Assembly (NCBI GenBank): GCA_964632485.1
Contig: CAZWDO010000009.1
Span: 12,850 to 76,849, forward strand
Reading direction: 5' to 3'
DNA: 64,000 nt
Origin: an uncultured bacterium
GTDB lineage: Bacteria; JAGOEH01
Part shown: positions 10,239-21,552 of the stretch, piece after piece
Layout of the letters: the number at the start of each line of letters is the position of its first letter
Position numbering within the stretch: the stretch's first letter is position 1
Notes under the pieces: model-generated
The model's database searches: none
What the model was told of the DNA's origin: nothing
The model's input: the letters and a program-made list of their open reading frames with translations, nothing else
Position numbers and translations under genes: made by a program

Positions 10239-12662
10239 ATGAGAGAGTATGATTTTTCCGAACTGGAACCTCGCTGGCGCAGATATTGGGAAGAACAGGG
10301 TACATATCGGGCCCGACTGGAGGAAAGCGAGCGGAAACTATATTGTCTGGTAATGTTTAGTTATCCGAGTGGGGATAAGCTGCATATTGGACACTGGTAC
10401 AATTTCGGACCGACGGATACGTGGGCTCGGTTTAAGCGTTTACAGGGATATAATGTATTTGAACCGATGGGATTTGATGCTTTTGGCCTTCCGGCAGAAA
10501 ATTATGCCGTGAAAACGGGTATTCATCCCTCCATCAGCACGGCGAGTAATATTGGCTTCATTCGTCAGCAGCTCAGGGAAATGGGAGCGATGTATGATTG
10601 GGAATACGAGGTGGATACGAGTCACCCGGATTATTATAAATGGACGCAATGGATTTTTTTACAATTATATAAAAATGGTTTGGCCTACAAACGGAAAGCT
10701 CCGGTCAACTGGTGTCCCTCCTGCATGACCGTTTTAGCCAATGAGCAGGTTAAGGATGGCGAGTGCGAACGATGTAGCGCGATTGTGGTTCAGAAAGATC
10801 TGGAGCAGTGGTTTTTTAAAACCACTGATTACGCGGACCGCTTACTGGAAGGTTTGGAGCGCATACAATGGCCGGAGAAAACCAAAATTATGCAGCGCAA
10901 TTGGATCGGTAAGAGTTATGGCGCTGAAATTGATTTTGACGTTGCCGGGCAACAGCATACGACGATCCGGGTATTCACGACCCGGCCGGACACTCTGATG
11001 GGCGTGACCTATGTCGTCCTGGCGCCGGAACATCCTCTGGTAGCGTTGTTAATGACGCCGGCGCAAAGAGATGCGGTTTTGCAGTATCAGGAATCGGTTC
11101 GGCGTATGAATGAAATTGAGCGTGTCAGCGCTGAAAAAGAGAAAACCGGCGTTTTTTTGGGCGCTTTTGCGATTCACCCGATCAGTGGAGAGAAAGTGCC
11201 CATCTGGATCGCTGATTATGTCTTGGCGTCCTATGGTACCGGAGCGGTAATGGCGGTTCCGGCCCATGATACCCGTGATTATGAATTTGCGCAAAAATTT
11301 AGTTTGCCCATCAAGATCGTGATTATGCCCGAACAAGGAGAAGCGCCTTCTAACGAGGCGTTTACACAATATGGAGTTATGCGCGAATCAGGGAGATTCG
11401 ATGGATTGAGCTCCGCGGAAGGGATTCGTCAGGTTGCCCAACATCTTGAAGAGATCGGCAAGGGCAAAGCCGCGATTACATACCGATTGCGCGACTGGCT
11501 GGTGAGCCGGCAACGCTATTGGGGCGCGCCTATTCCAATTATATATTGCGAGCATTGCGGCGCTCTCCCTGTACCCGAGGACCAACTGCCGGTTCGTTTA
11601 CCCGAAGATGTGGATTTTAGACCCAAAGGGCAATCCCCGCTCGCCACTTCTGAAAGCTTTCTCCATACTGTCTGTCCGCAATGCGGAGGGCCAGCCCAAC
11701 GCGAAGTTGATACCATGGATACCTTTGTCTGTTCTTCCTGGTATTATTTGCGCTATGTGAATCCGCGGTTGGCGGATAAAGCCTTTGATTCCGAAATGGT
11801 CAACCGCTGGCTGCCTGTGGACCAGTATGTCGGTGGCGCGGAACACGCGTGTATGCATCTCTTGTATGCGCGTTTTTTTACTAAAGTTTTGTATGATCTG
11901 AAATATTTAAATTTTGATGAACCATTCACATCCCTGGTTCATCAGGGAACAATTACTCGCAATGGCGCTAAAATGTCAAAATCACGAGGCAATGTGGTCA
12001 ACCCCGATGATTATATCCGGCAGTATGGCTCCGACACTTTCCGCTGCTATATGATGTTTATGGGGTCTTATGAAGATGGAGGGGACTGGGATGATTCCGG
12101 CCTCCAGGGCGTTCACCGCTTTGTCCAGCGAGTCTGGCGACTGGCGATGGGGAATGATGCGACCGGAATAGTGGTACAGGACGATAATTTGACTCGTAAA
12201 TTGCACCAGACCATAAAAAAAGTGGGCGAGGATGTTGAAAAATTTCATTTTAATACGGCCATTGCCGCTTTGATGGAAATGGTGAATGCCTGCTATGCCT
12301 GGTTGGATAAGCATAAAAACGGCAATCTGAGCGAATATTTGCGCCCCCTGGTCTTGTTGGTTGCGCCTTTTGCCCCTCATCTGGCAGAGGAATTGTGGCG
12401 GGAACTGGGCGGCAAACCTTCACTTTTCACAACGGCCTGCTGGCCTGAGTACAATCCCGCGCTGCTTCTTGAAGATATGATCACCGTTGTTGTTCAGGTC
12501 AACGGAAAATTGCGGGGAAAACTGGAAGTGTCCCGCGATATTGAGGACCATGAGATTAAGGAAATGGCGCTTCAGGAACCTAATGTAGTTAAATATATAA
12601 ACGGGAAAACGGCGAAAAAAATCGTCTATGTTCCTCAAAAGCTGGTGAGTATTGTCGTCTAA
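10239..12662 (+). CDS. leuS: Leucine--tRNA ligase
   Basis: MFSYPSGDKLHIGH (HIGH), FTTRPDT, GTGAVMAVPAHD editing motif, RDWLVSRQRYWG, KMSKS, C-terminal VVQVNGKLR. Confidence 0.98.
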   Translation: MREYDFSELEPRWRRYWEEQGTYRARLEESERKLYCLVMFSYPSGDKLHIGHWYNFGPTDTWARFKRLQGYNVFEPMGFDAFGLPAENYAVKTGIHPSISTASNIGFIRQQLREMGAMYDWEYEVDTSHPDYYKWTQWIFLQLYKNGLAYKRKAPVNWCPSCMTVLANEQVKDGECERCSAIVVQKDLEQWFFKTTDYADRLLEGLERIQWPEKTKIMQRNWIGKSYGAEIDFDVAGQQHTTIRVFTTRPDTLMGVTYVVLAPEHPLVALLMTPAQRDAVLQYQESVRRMNEIERVSAEKEKTGVFLGAFAIHPISGEKVPIWIADYVLASYGTGAVMAVPAHDTRDYEFAQKFSLPIKIVIMPEQGEAPSNEAFTQYGVMRESGRFDGLSSAEGIRQVAQHLEEIGKGKAAITYRLRDWLVSRQRYWGAPIPIIYCEHCGALPVPEDQLPVRLPEDVDFRPKGQSPLATSESFLHTVCPQCGGPAQREVDTMDTFVCSSWYYLRYVNPRLADKAFDSEMVNRWLPVDQYVGGAEHACMHLLYARFFTKVLYDLKYLNFDEPFTSLVHQGTITRNGAKMSKSRGNVVNPDDYIRQYGSDTFRCYMMFMGSYEDGGDWDDSGLQGVHRFVQRVWRLAMGNDATGIVVQDDNLTRKLHQTIKKVGEDVEKFHFNTAIAALMEMVNACYAWLDKHKNGNLSEYLRPLVLLVAPFAPHLAEELWRELGGKPSLFTTACWPEYNPALLLEDMITVVVQVNGKLRGKLEVSRDIEDHEIKEMALQEPNVVKYINGKTAKKIVYVPQKLVSIVV

Positions 12663-12679
12663 TTTCAAAGGAGTTTCCC

Positions 12680-13546
12680 ATGTGGGACTATACGGATAAA
12701 GTCAAAGAGTATTATCTTCATCCGCGCAATGTGGGTGAAGTCGAAGATGCCGATGTGGTCGCGGAAGTAGGTTCCCTGGTATGCGGCGATGCCCTGAAAT
12801 TGAGCATCAAACTGGATGAGTCGAAGACGCGGATTGTTGATGCAAAGTTCAAGACCTTTGGCTGTGGCAGCGCGATTGCTTCCAGTTCGGTACTAACTGA
12901 ACTTATTAAAGGAAAAACCATCGATGAAGCGTTGAAAATTACGAACAAGGATATTGCCGATTTTTTAGGCGGCTTGCCTGATGAAAAGATGCATTGCTCC
13001 GTGATGGCCGAAGAGGCATTGGAAATGGCAGTAAAAAAATTGAGAGGTGAATCCATAGAGAGTCATGATGAAACGATGGATCATCATAGCCGGCTGGTCT
13101 GCAAATGTTTTGGTGTGACTGAGCATAAAATCCTGAAAGCTATCGAAGAAAACGAGCTGAAAACGGTGGATGAAGTCACTCATTATACAAAGGCCGGTGG
13201 GGCCTGCGGAAAATGCAAAGATGATATCCAGATCATTATCGATCATTATTGGCGCGATCAAACAAATGTAACCCCGGCGCCTCCCCCTCGCCGGCTATCG
13301 AACTTGCAAAAGATCAATTTGATCCAAAAAGTGATTGCTGATGAAATTGGGCCTGCGGTTAAACAGGATGGCGGGCATGTCGAAATAATTGACATCGTTC
13401 TCCCCAAAGTCATTATTTCCCTCACCGGTACCTGCAGTTCGTGCCCGGTCAGTTCTTTTACCGTGGATAATTTGAAGCGAATCCTCTCGGACCGGTTGGA
13501 TGAATCCATCGAAGTGGAATTGGAATCATCAGGAAGGACAGGGTAA
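12680..13546 (+). CDS. nifU: Three-domain Fe-S scaffold protein NifU
   Basis: IscU-like domain (CGD, FGCGSAIASSS, KMHCSVM), BFD-like domain (VCKCFGV, GGACGKC), C-terminal Nfu domain (GTCSSC); starts WDYTDKVKEYY. Confidence 0.95.
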   Translation: MWDYTDKVKEYYLHPRNVGEVEDADVVAEVGSLVCGDALKLSIKLDESKTRIVDAKFKTFGCGSAIASSSVLTELIKGKTIDEALKITNKDIADFLGGLPDEKMHCSVMAEEALEMAVKKLRGESIESHDETMDHHSRLVCKCFGVTEHKILKAIEENELKTVDEVTHYTKAGGACGKCKDDIQIIIDHYWRDQTNVTPAPPPRRLSNLQKINLIQKVIADEIGPAVKQDGGHVEIIDIVLPKVIISLTGTCSSCPVSSFTVDNLKRILSDRLDESIEVELESSGRTG

Positions 13547-14703
13547 TGAATTTGATCTATTTTGACAACAACGCTACAACATCAGTTGACCCTCAGGTTG
13601 TGGAAGCGATGATCCCTTTTTTGAAAGATCAATATGGCAACCCGTCCTCTATCCATCGTTTTGGCGGCCAGGTACGGAAATATATTGAGCAGGCGCGTGA
13701 AGCAGTGGCGCAATTGCTGGGGGCTTTTGCGGATGAGATTATTTTTACCAGTTGCGGAACGGAAAGTGATAACAGCGCGTTTTTCAGCGCCATCAATTCT
13801 GCTCCCGAAAATAAACGTTTGATCACAACTCAAGTCGAGCATCCCGCCGTGCTGAATCCAGCGCAATACTATGAAAAGAAAGGGTATGATGTCCAATATA
13901 TTGGTGTCGATCGTCAGGGGCATCTGAATCTTGATGACCTGAAAAAAGCGTTGAATGAGCGAGCGGCGCTGGTTAGCGTTATGTGGGCCAATAATGAATC
14001 GGGGATGATTTTTCCCGTTGAGACAATAGCGCAATGGTGCCGGGAACGGGGCATTCTGTTTCATAGTGATGCGGTTCAAGTCGCCGGTAAGATGAAGATA
14101 AATGCGCATGAAGGCGGGATGGATTATCTCTCAATTTCGGGACATAAATTACATGCTCCGAAAGGTGTGGGCGCATTGTACGCGCGCCGTGGCGCCCCTA
14201 TGGCCCCCTTTATAATCGGCGGCCATCAGGAACACGGTTTACGTGGCGGAACTGAAGCGGTTCCTCATATTGTCGCCCTGGGAAAAGCCGCAGAATTGGC
14301 TCTTTCCCATCTGGAAGCTGAACAAATTCTGGTTAAAAAGCTGCGTGATCATTTAGAATCCAGGATTTTGAACGAAATACCGAAAAGCTATTTAAACGGC
14401 GATCCGCTGCAAAGGCTCGCCAATACCACCAATATCAGCTTTGAAGGCGTGGAAGGTGAAGCAATTCTTTTATTGCTTGATGAAAAGGGGATTTGCGCGT
14501 CTTCCGGTTCTGCGTGCACAACCGGATCACTTGAACCATCACATGTATTACGAGCTATGCAAGTCCCATATACTATCATTCATGGGTCATTGCGACTGAG
14601 TCTCTCATATCTCAATACAATTGATGAAGTGAACGAAGTGGTGGAGCAGTTGAAAGAGATAATCCACCATTTGCGGACGCTGTCCCCCTATTGGCAGGAA
14701 TGA
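13546..14703 (+). CDS. nifS: Cysteine desulfurase NifS
   Basis: YFDNNATT, FTSCGTESDN, EHPAV, SGHKLHAPKG (PLP Lys), ASSGSACTTGS (catalytic Cys); TAATG overlap with nifU. Confidence 0.95.
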   Translation: MNLIYFDNNATTSVDPQVVEAMIPFLKDQYGNPSSIHRFGGQVRKYIEQAREAVAQLLGAFADEIIFTSCGTESDNSAFFSAINSAPENKRLITTQVEHPAVLNPAQYYEKKGYDVQYIGVDRQGHLNLDDLKKALNERAALVSVMWANNESGMIFPVETIAQWCRERGILFHSDAVQVAGKMKINAHEGGMDYLSISGHKLHAPKGVGALYARRGAPMAPFIIGGHQEHGLRGGTEAVPHIVALGKAAELALSHLEAEQILVKKLRDHLESRILNEIPKSYLNGDPLQRLANTTNISFEGVEGEAILLLLDEKGICASSGSACTTGSLEPSHVLRAMQVPYTIIHGSLRLSLSYLNTIDEVNEVVEQLKEIIHHLRTLSPYWQE

Positions 14704-14721
14704 TTTTTTAAGGAGGACATA

Positions 14722-17193
14722 ATGGCTAAAAACAAGATGCCTTATAATGAAATACTCGAAGAAGCGAATATCGTGGAAGAAATCCAGTCCGATGAATCAG
14801 AAAAAAATGCCGGGTCCGAGGGAATCTTATTGGCAACGGATGTGTTGCCTTTGGAACTTTTCATCGTTCCGGTCAACCAGCGCCCATTTTTCCCGGGAAT
14901 GTTTTTACCGATTATCATTCCCCCCGGTCGATTTAAAAAATCGATTGAACAACTGATTAAAACTGAACAAAGCGCCCTGGGACTTCTTCTGGTTCGCAAG
15001 GAGTTGGATGACCAGATCAATCTGGATTATTTTTACCGCTTTGGAACCGTGGCTAAAATCGTTAAATCCTTCAATTTGCCGGATGGCAGTATCCAGCTAT
15101 TAGTCAATACCCTACAGAGATTCGAAACGAAGGAGCTGATTTCTGTAAAACCACATATTATCACCCGGGTTGTTTATCATAAAGATATTTACGATAAGGA
15201 TGATCCTGAAATTAAGGCTTTCGCCATGGCGATACTGGGTGAAATGAAAAAATTGATCCAGAATAATCCGCTCTTCACAGAAGAAATGAAACTAATGCTA
15301 TCCAAATTCAATATCAATGACCCGGGAATGCTGGCGGATGCTGCCGTTTCATTGACCAATGGGAAAAAGGAAGATATCCAGGAAGTGTTGGAGACTTTAC
15401 TTATCCGGCAACGAATGGAAAAAGTTCTGCTTTTATTGAAAAAGGAATCGGAACTGGTTGAGATCCAACAGAAAATTAATCGGCAGATCGAAGAAAAAAT
15501 CAATAAGCAGCAGCGTGATTTTTTTCTGCGGGAACAGCTTAAGGCCATTAAAAAGGAATTGGGACTGGAATCGGACCCTAAAAGCCTGGAAATCAATAAA
15601 TTTCAGGAACGGATTAAAAAACTCAAATTGAGTGAGGAAGCTAAGCAGAAAATAGACGAAGAGTTCGAGAAGCTTTCATTACTGGAGCCGGTAAGCCCGG
15701 AATTTAATGTGTCGCGCACCTATCTCGACTGGTTGACCATACTGCCCTGGGGAAAGTTTACCCGGGAGAACCATAATTTGGAGCGGGCGCAGAAGATATT
15801 GGATCGGGATCACTATGGGCTGGAAGATATTAAAAAGCGCATTATCGAATTCATCGCTGTCAAGAAAATCAATCCTGAAAGCCGGGGTTCTATTCTTTGT
15901 TTTGTCGGGCCCCCCGGAGTGGGCAAGACTTCGATTGGACGGAGTATCGCCCAAACTCTCAATCGCAAGTTTTATCGTTTTTCTCTGGGTGGCATGCGCG
16001 ATGAAGCTGAGATCAAAGGGCATCGCCGCACCTATATTGGCGCCATGCCCGGGAAAATCCTTCAAGCTTTAAAAGTGGTCGGCAGCGCTAATCCGGTGAT
16101 TATGTTGGATGAAATTGATAAATTGGCTGTTAGTTTTCAGGGTGATCCTGCGGCTGCATTGCTGGAAGTGCTCGACCCTGAACAAAATGTCGACTTTCTC
16201 GATCATTACCTTGATGTACGTTTCGATCTTTCCAATATTCTTTTTATTGCGACTGCAAATGTTCTCGATACAGTTCCCGGACCCTTGCTGGACCGTATGG
16301 AGGTATTGCGTTTGAGCGGGTATATCGAAAAGGAAAAACAGGAAATCGCCCGACGTTATCTGCTCCCCAAACAATTGAAAAGCCATGGTTTGAAACCAAA
16401 AAACATAAAAATTTCACCTGCCGGATACTCGATTATGATTAATGGTTATGCTCGTGAGGCCGGTGTACGGGCGCTGGAAAAAGAGATTGCCAATATTTGC
16501 CGGAAAGTAGCCACTCGGATTGTGCGGGAAGACAATCTGGATTTGCAGATCGCTATTGTTCCGAAGAATGTTGAAGAATTCTTAGGAAAACCAAAATTCA
16601 CCGATGAAAAGTACCATAAAGTTTTACCCCCGGGTGTGGTTATGGGTTTGGCCTGGACCAGTCTCGGAGGAACGACCCTTTATGTTGAGGCTTTGGCGAT
16701 TCCGGAGAAAAATAAAGGGTTTAAGCAAACCGGACAATTGGGTAATGTTATGGTTGAATCGAGTACCATTGCTTATAGTTACGTCATGTCCCAGGCTAAG
16801 AAATTTGGAATTTCGCCGGATTTCTTCAATGAAAATTTAATTCATTTACATGTGCCAACCGGGGCAACTCCCAAAGACGGCCCCTCGGCGGGCATTACAA
16901 TGGCTACTGCGCTCGTCTCATTGGCCCGACAGGAACCGGTTCGCAAAAATATGGCAATGACGGGGGAAATCACCCTGACTGGTAAAGTTTTGCCCATTGG
17001 AGGCGTTAAAGAAAAAGTAATCGCCGCCCGTCATGCCGGAGTGAAACTGATTATATTGCCCATTGAAAATCGGAAAGAGCATAATGAATTGCCCGACCAT
17101 ATCAGGGAAGGGATTGAATTTGTTTTTGTCGATACTTTTGAGGATGTCTTCCAGATCGCTATAAACCCGGTAAAAAAACCGAAAGAATCCTAA
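14722..17193 (+). CDS. lon: ATP-dependent Lon protease
   Basis: LON N-domain, Walker [22 protein letters not shown] (catalytic Ser), [10 protein letters not shown] (Lys). Confidence 0.97.
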   Translation: MAKNKMPYNEILEEANIVEEIQSDESEKNAGSEGILLATDVLPLELFIVPVNQRPFFPGMFLPIIIPPGRFKKSIEQLIKTEQSALGLLLVRKELDDQINLDYFYRFGTVAKIVKSFNLPDGSIQLLVNTLQRFETKELISVKPHIITRVVYHKDIYDKDDPEIKAFAMAILGEMKKLIQNNPLFTEEMKLMLSKFNINDPGMLADAAVSLTNGKKEDIQEVLETLLIRQRMEKVLLLLKKESELVEIQQKINRQIEEKINKQQRDFFLREQLKAIKKELGLESDPKSLEINKFQERIKKLKLSEEAKQKIDEEFEKLSLLEPVSPEFNVSRTYLDWLTILPWGKFTRENHNLERAQKILDRDHYGLEDIKKRIIEFIAVKKINPESRGSILCFVGPPGVGKTSIGRSIAQTLNRKFYRFSLGGMRDEAEIKGHRRTYIGAMPGKILQALKVVGSANPVIMLDEIDKLAVSFQGDPAAALLEVLDPEQNVDFLDHYLDVRFDLSNILFIATANVLDTVPGPLLDRMEVLRLSGYIEKEKQEIARRYLLPKQLKSHGLKPKNIKISPAGYSIMINGYAREAGVRALEKEIANICRKVATRIVREDNLDLQIAIVPKNVEEFLGKPKFTDEKYHKVLPPGVVMGLAWTSLGGTTLYVEALAIPEKNKGFKQTGQLGNVMVESSTIAYSYVMSQAKKFGISPDFFNENLIHLHVPTGATPKDGPSAGITMATALVSLARQEPVRKNMAMTGEITLTGKVLPIGGVKEKVIAARHAGVKLIILPIENRKEHNELPDHIREGIEFVFVDTFEDVFQIAINPVKKPKES

Positions 17194-18522
17194 ATGGCAA
17201 AAAAATTTTTCGTTCTCGACACCAATGTTATCCTGCATGACCATACCTGTATCTACAGTTTTGAGGATAATGATCTGGTTTTACCGATCACCGTTCTGGA
17301 AGAATTGGATAAATTTAAAAAAGGCAATGATCAGATCAATTTTAATGCCCGTTTTTTTACGCGCGAGTTGGACCAGTTGACTACTGGTGAGGATATTTTT
17401 CAACATGGTGTGTCGCTGGGGAAAAAGATGGGTAAACTCAGTATCGACCTGGGACTGGATATCCCCAACGGTTTCCGGGATATTTTCCATGAAGATAAAC
17501 CGGATAATCATATTCTTGGAGTTGCTTATAAATTAACTCGTAAGTACAAGACCCGGTCTGTCGTTCTTGTTACCAAGGATATTAATCTGCGCATGAAAGC
17601 CCGATCCTTGGGGATTGTGGCAGAGGATTACGAGACCGATAAGATTGATAGTCTCGAGGCATTATTTCCCGGGAAAACACTGATGGAAGAATTTCCCGCC
17701 GAGCTGATTCAACGTCTCTACCAGGAACCCTATCATCTGAGCCTGGAGGATATGCCCAAAGGATTTCCCAAACCGGTTAATAATCAGTACTATATATTCC
17801 GTAACGGATCGCTTTCGGCTCTGGCCTGGTACAATCCGTTTCAAATCCGTATCGAGCGGTTGGAATCGAAGGACGCTTATGGCATTAAACCGCGAAACGC
17901 TGAACAGACCTTCAGTCTGCACATTCTGATGAACCCGGAGATTAAATTGGCGACAATTATTGGCAAAGCGGGTACCGGGAAGACGTTGATTGCCCTGGCT
18001 TCGGCCCTGGCCCAGTTTAAAGACTACAAACAGATTTTTTTAGCGCGCCCGATTGTTCCGCTGAGCAATAAAGATATCGGTTTCCTGCCGGGCGACATTC
18101 AATCTAAAATTCATCCGTATATGGAACCCCTTTATGATAATTTGAAATTTATTCAGCATCAGTTTCATGAAACGGATGAACACTTTCAACGCATTGATCG
18201 AGCGTTGGAGAGCGAAAAACTATGTATTTCACCATTGGCCTATATCCGCGGGCGAAGTTTGAATAAAATTTTTTTCATTGTCGATGAAGCGCAGAATTTA
18301 ACGCCTCATGAAGTGAAGACGATTATTACCCGCGCTGGGGAAGGCACGAAAATTGTTTTTACGGGTGATCCCTATCAGATTGATACTCCTTATCTGGATT
18401 CCGAATCAAACGGCTTGAGTACGTTAGTTTCAAAAATGACGGGTCAAAAAATCTATGCTAATGTCCGGATGGAAAAAGGTGAACGTTCGGAACTGGCAGA
18501 TCTGGCCAGTACGATTTTATAA
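17194..18522 (+). CDS. phoH: PIN-PhoH fusion protein (PhoH2/YlaK family)
   Basis: PIN motif FVLDTNVILHD...VLEELD; PhoH ATPase GKAGTGKT, YIRGRS, DEAQN, GDPYQID; ATG directly follows the lon TAA. Confidence 0.93.
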   Translation: MAKKFFVLDTNVILHDHTCIYSFEDNDLVLPITVLEELDKFKKGNDQINFNARFFTRELDQLTTGEDIFQHGVSLGKKMGKLSIDLGLDIPNGFRDIFHEDKPDNHILGVAYKLTRKYKTRSVVLVTKDINLRMKARSLGIVAEDYETDKIDSLEALFPGKTLMEEFPAELIQRLYQEPYHLSLEDMPKGFPKPVNNQYYIFRNGSLSALAWYNPFQIRIERLESKDAYGIKPRNAEQTFSLHILMNPEIKLATIIGKAGTGKTLIALASALAQFKDYKQIFLARPIVPLSNKDIGFLPGDIQSKIHPYMEPLYDNLKFIQHQFHETDEHFQRIDRALESEKLCISPLAYIRGRSLNKIFFIVDEAQNLTPHEVKTIITRAGEGTKIVFTGDPYQIDTPYLDSESNGLSTLVSKMTGQKIYANVRMEKGERSELADLASTIL

Positions 18523-18706
18523 ATAGAGCCTGCTTTGTTATCTCGAACGAGATGAAAAGCTTATTTGATAATACCGTTTGGACCTGCGATGATATTGCAG
18601 GCTTAAACAGTCGGCCGAATTTTCTTTGAGATGATGGGATTCCAGGTATGGAAACAAAGACTCGATTATATAAAGCAAAGTAACTTCAGAAACAGAAAGT
18701 GGAGCG

Positions 18707-20053
18707 GTGAACAAGAAAAATCTGCATGCTCACAAGAGTTGGAAAAAAGAACTGCGTCAGCTTAACCGGATTTTTAAACATCTTAAACAGGAAAAAGAAG
18801 ATAAACGCGGCCAGCCTCAGGATGTAAAAAAGGATAATCACACTGAAACTGATCAGATAAAACATTCATTCAAGGGACTTTTTGGCAAGTTCCGCACGAT
18901 GAGCGCCACACGGGATCATCAGATTTTCAGAGATGCCGTCAATCGCGATTTTCAATATCTCAACTCCCGTCCCTTTGCTATCGATAACGATGCCCGGTGT
19001 TTACTGCTCCCCCAATCTGTCACGGGGCACGCGCTTTATGGTCATAGCCGTTTTATGGACGATTTAGGGCGGCCGTTGATTTTTGCCGACGCGACAATTG
19101 AATCCGTCGTAGCCGTTCTGGAACCCGGCAGTCTGCCTTTTGATCCCAAGACCATTGCCAAACGGCGCGAAGAAATGCTTGTCGATGTGTTCGACTTTCT
19201 TAAGGAAAATTTTGATAAGGACCATGTTCGTTTACTGGATAAAGAGGGTCGCGGATTGCTGGGTGTAAAATTTTTCGATCGTTTTGAAGTTAGCGGCAAA
19301 GAATTGATCCAGGGTTTTTATATAGCGGCTATGATGGATAGCTGGCATTTCCGCCAAATGACCAACCGCTTCTTTCAATGCGACCTGCGGGGTCATCTCT
19401 TTGAGATGGGCGGCGGCGTCATTCATTTGGTTGATCTTGAACGGTTCCGCCTGACCGGGTTGCGGTCACGCGATCTGAGTGACCGCCCGATACGTCCAGA
19501 GGATATTCAAAAAATGAAAGATTACCATATTATTATCAATGATGACCAAACCGACAAAACACGGCATGTTGGCGCCCTTTATTTTCGGCAAAAAGAGGGT
19601 TCCGGAGTCTGCGACGATGCCGCTCTGATTTTTATCGGCAAAAGCATTAGTACTGATGCCTTTTGGGGCGCTTTTCTCGCCGATGCCTGCGACACCTATG
19701 ATAAATACATCGTGAACTATCGTTCTGACGGGATGGATGAATATATGGCCAATTACCTCTATCACCTCTGGTACGAGAAATACCACGAACCCCTTATTGA
19801 TTCGGATGTGATTCAGAATATCATTTTTATGGCTGCTGAAAATAATTATCCCAAAATCAGCTTTAGCTCCTCGCACCGCCGGTTTGTCCAATACGAGGAC
19901 GATGCCCATAATCCAACGATCGTCAATCATTTGCATTTTATTCAAAAGAAGCCGGTGGAAAAAATCCAATTGGGATTTGAACGATTTCCATCGGATGAAT
20001 TTTATCAAATACTCAATGTCCGAGCGGAAATTATCAAATTTCCTCATTGGTGA
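18707..20053 (+). CDS. Hypothetical protein (448 aa), no family recognised
   Basis: Long ORF, GGAG before GTG, fills the gap between phoH and pdxA; soluble-looking with a basic N-terminus. Confidence 0.75.
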   Translation: MNKKNLHAHKSWKKELRQLNRIFKHLKQEKEDKRGQPQDVKKDNHTETDQIKHSFKGLFGKFRTMSATRDHQIFRDAVNRDFQYLNSRPFAIDNDARCLLLPQSVTGHALYGHSRFMDDLGRPLIFADATIESVVAVLEPGSLPFDPKTIAKRREEMLVDVFDFLKENFDKDHVRLLDKEGRGLLGVKFFDRFEVSGKELIQGFYIAAMMDSWHFRQMTNRFFQCDLRGHLFEMGGGVIHLVDLERFRLTGLRSRDLSDRPIRPEDIQKMKDYHIIINDDQTDKTRHVGALYFRQKEGSGVCDDAALIFIGKSISTDAFWGAFLADACDTYDKYIVNYRSDGMDEYMANYLYHLWYEKYHEPLIDSDVIQNIIFMAAENNYPKISFSSSHRRFVQYEDDAHNPTIVNHLHFIQKKPVEKIQLGFERFPSDEFYQILNVRAEIIKFPHW

Positions 20054-20367
20054 TTTATTTTCTCCGGGATCGGGATGTTTATATCCCTAATTTCTCAAAA
20101 TATATTTATAGCGTCCCCGTTATAGATTGTCAATAACACTACATCATGTAATTGCGATCGGGTTCAATGACGTATTGCGGGATACCAGAGATATCAACGG
20201 GTAATTCGTGATAAGCGGGTTGTCCCGGGATGGCGCTTTTCGCCCAGAACCTTCCCTTTGCGCAGTATGGCCGACCGGTGTGAAAAAAAATATTATTTGC
20301 TTGCATTTTCAGAAATTTTGGTTAATATACCTATTGAAAGCTTCTAAAATTCAACCAGGAAAAGAAA

Positions 20368-21381
20368 ATGTACCGTCCGTTAATAGGTATCACACCCGGA
20401 GATCCGTCGGGGATAGGTCCGGAGATTGCCCTGAAAGCCTTACGGGAAAAAGTATTATATAAAAAATGCCGGCCGCTGGTGATTGCCGGCCAGGATGTGT
20501 TGGCGGCGACGCAGCGAATGCTGGATGATGACCGCCGGTTAGTCCCCTATTCATTTGACAGAGCGAATGAATTTAATGCGGGCCGTATCATATACTATGA
20601 CAGTGGCGCGCGTCTTTCCAGTAAATTGGTTCCCGGCGAGATTAGCGCGGAGAATGGGCAATGGGCATACCGCCAGATTGAAACGGGAGTTCAATTGGCG
20701 CGCGACGGTTTAATTGATGCCCTTTGCACCGGCCCTATCCATAAAATCGCCATGAAACTTGCAGGGATTACGGTTCCCGGACATACCGAGATATTTGGCG
20801 GGTTATGCGGCATTGCCGAACCACTGACTATGTTTGAAGTCTATCGGCTGAGGATTTTTTTTCTAACTCGGCATCTATCCTTGGTGGATGCATGCAGGCA
20901 GGTTACTCGTGAGCGGTTGGTTAATTTTATTCCGCTAATATTTGACGGATTGCGGCAATTGGGCCTGCCGATGGGGCCGGTGGCAATCGCTGCGCTTAAT
21001 CCTCATGCCGGGGATGGGGGGCGTTTTGGAACCGAGGAACTAACTGAGATTATTCCGGCTATTGAATGGGCCAGAGAGAAAGGCTGGGATATGGTGGGCC
21101 CCGTTCCGGCTGATTCTGTGTTTCATTTGGCTGCTGAAGGGCGCTATATGGCTGTTCTTTCCTTATACCATGATCAGGGGCATATTGCTGCTAAATCTTT
21201 GGCATTCGATGAAACGGTTGCTTTGACCTTAGGCCTGCCTTTTTTACGGGTTTCCGTGGACCATGGCACAGCGATGGATATTGCCGGCAAAGGTCAGGCC
21301 AATGCGCAGAGTATGATTCGCGCTATCGAATCCGCGGCATTCTATACTAAAAATGGGGATACCCTTCATCCAATCGACTGA
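20368..21381 (+). CDS. pdxA: PdxA-family 4-hydroxythreonine-4-phosphate / D-threonate-4-phosphate dehydrogenase
   Basis: GITPGDPSGIGPE, GHTE, ALNPHAG, GPVPADSVF, YHDQGH, RVSVDHGTAMDIAGKG. Confidence 0.92.
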   Translation: MYRPLIGITPGDPSGIGPEIALKALREKVLYKKCRPLVIAGQDVLAATQRMLDDDRRLVPYSFDRANEFNAGRIIYYDSGARLSSKLVPGEISAENGQWAYRQIETGVQLARDGLIDALCTGPIHKIAMKLAGITVPGHTEIFGGLCGIAEPLTMFEVYRLRIFFLTRHLSLVDACRQVTRERLVNFIPLIFDGLRQLGLPMGPVAIAALNPHAGDGGRFGTEELTEIIPAIEWAREKGWDMVGPVPADSVFHLAAEGRYMAVLSLYHDQGHIAAKSLAFDETVALTLGLPFLRVSVDHGTAMDIAGKGQANAQSMIRAIESAAFYTKNGDTLHPID

Positions 21382-21552
21382 ATGGAATGCCGGACATGTT
21401 TTTCATTATAAATATGGGGTTAATGTTATTTCCAACCAATACATAGAATCCCCGATTAACGCCAATACAATAAGGATAAGCTTAAAAACTGCATACGGAG
21501 TTTTCCCGTCAAATTGTATTTGAATTTCAGCTAATAATCAAAGGAGCATTAA

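Noticed and set aside
12680-14703. nifU/nifS as evidence of nitrogen fixation
   Set aside because: No nifH, nifD or nifK in the window; NifSU also serves housekeeping Fe-S assembly.
20200-20280. GC-rich stems (GGCG-CTTTT-CGCC, CGGG-TTGT-CCCG) loosely resembling a c-di-GMP-I riboswitch on the minus strand
   Set aside because: The GNRA-capped P2 and GACGCAAAGC core are missing and no gene lies downstream on that strand.
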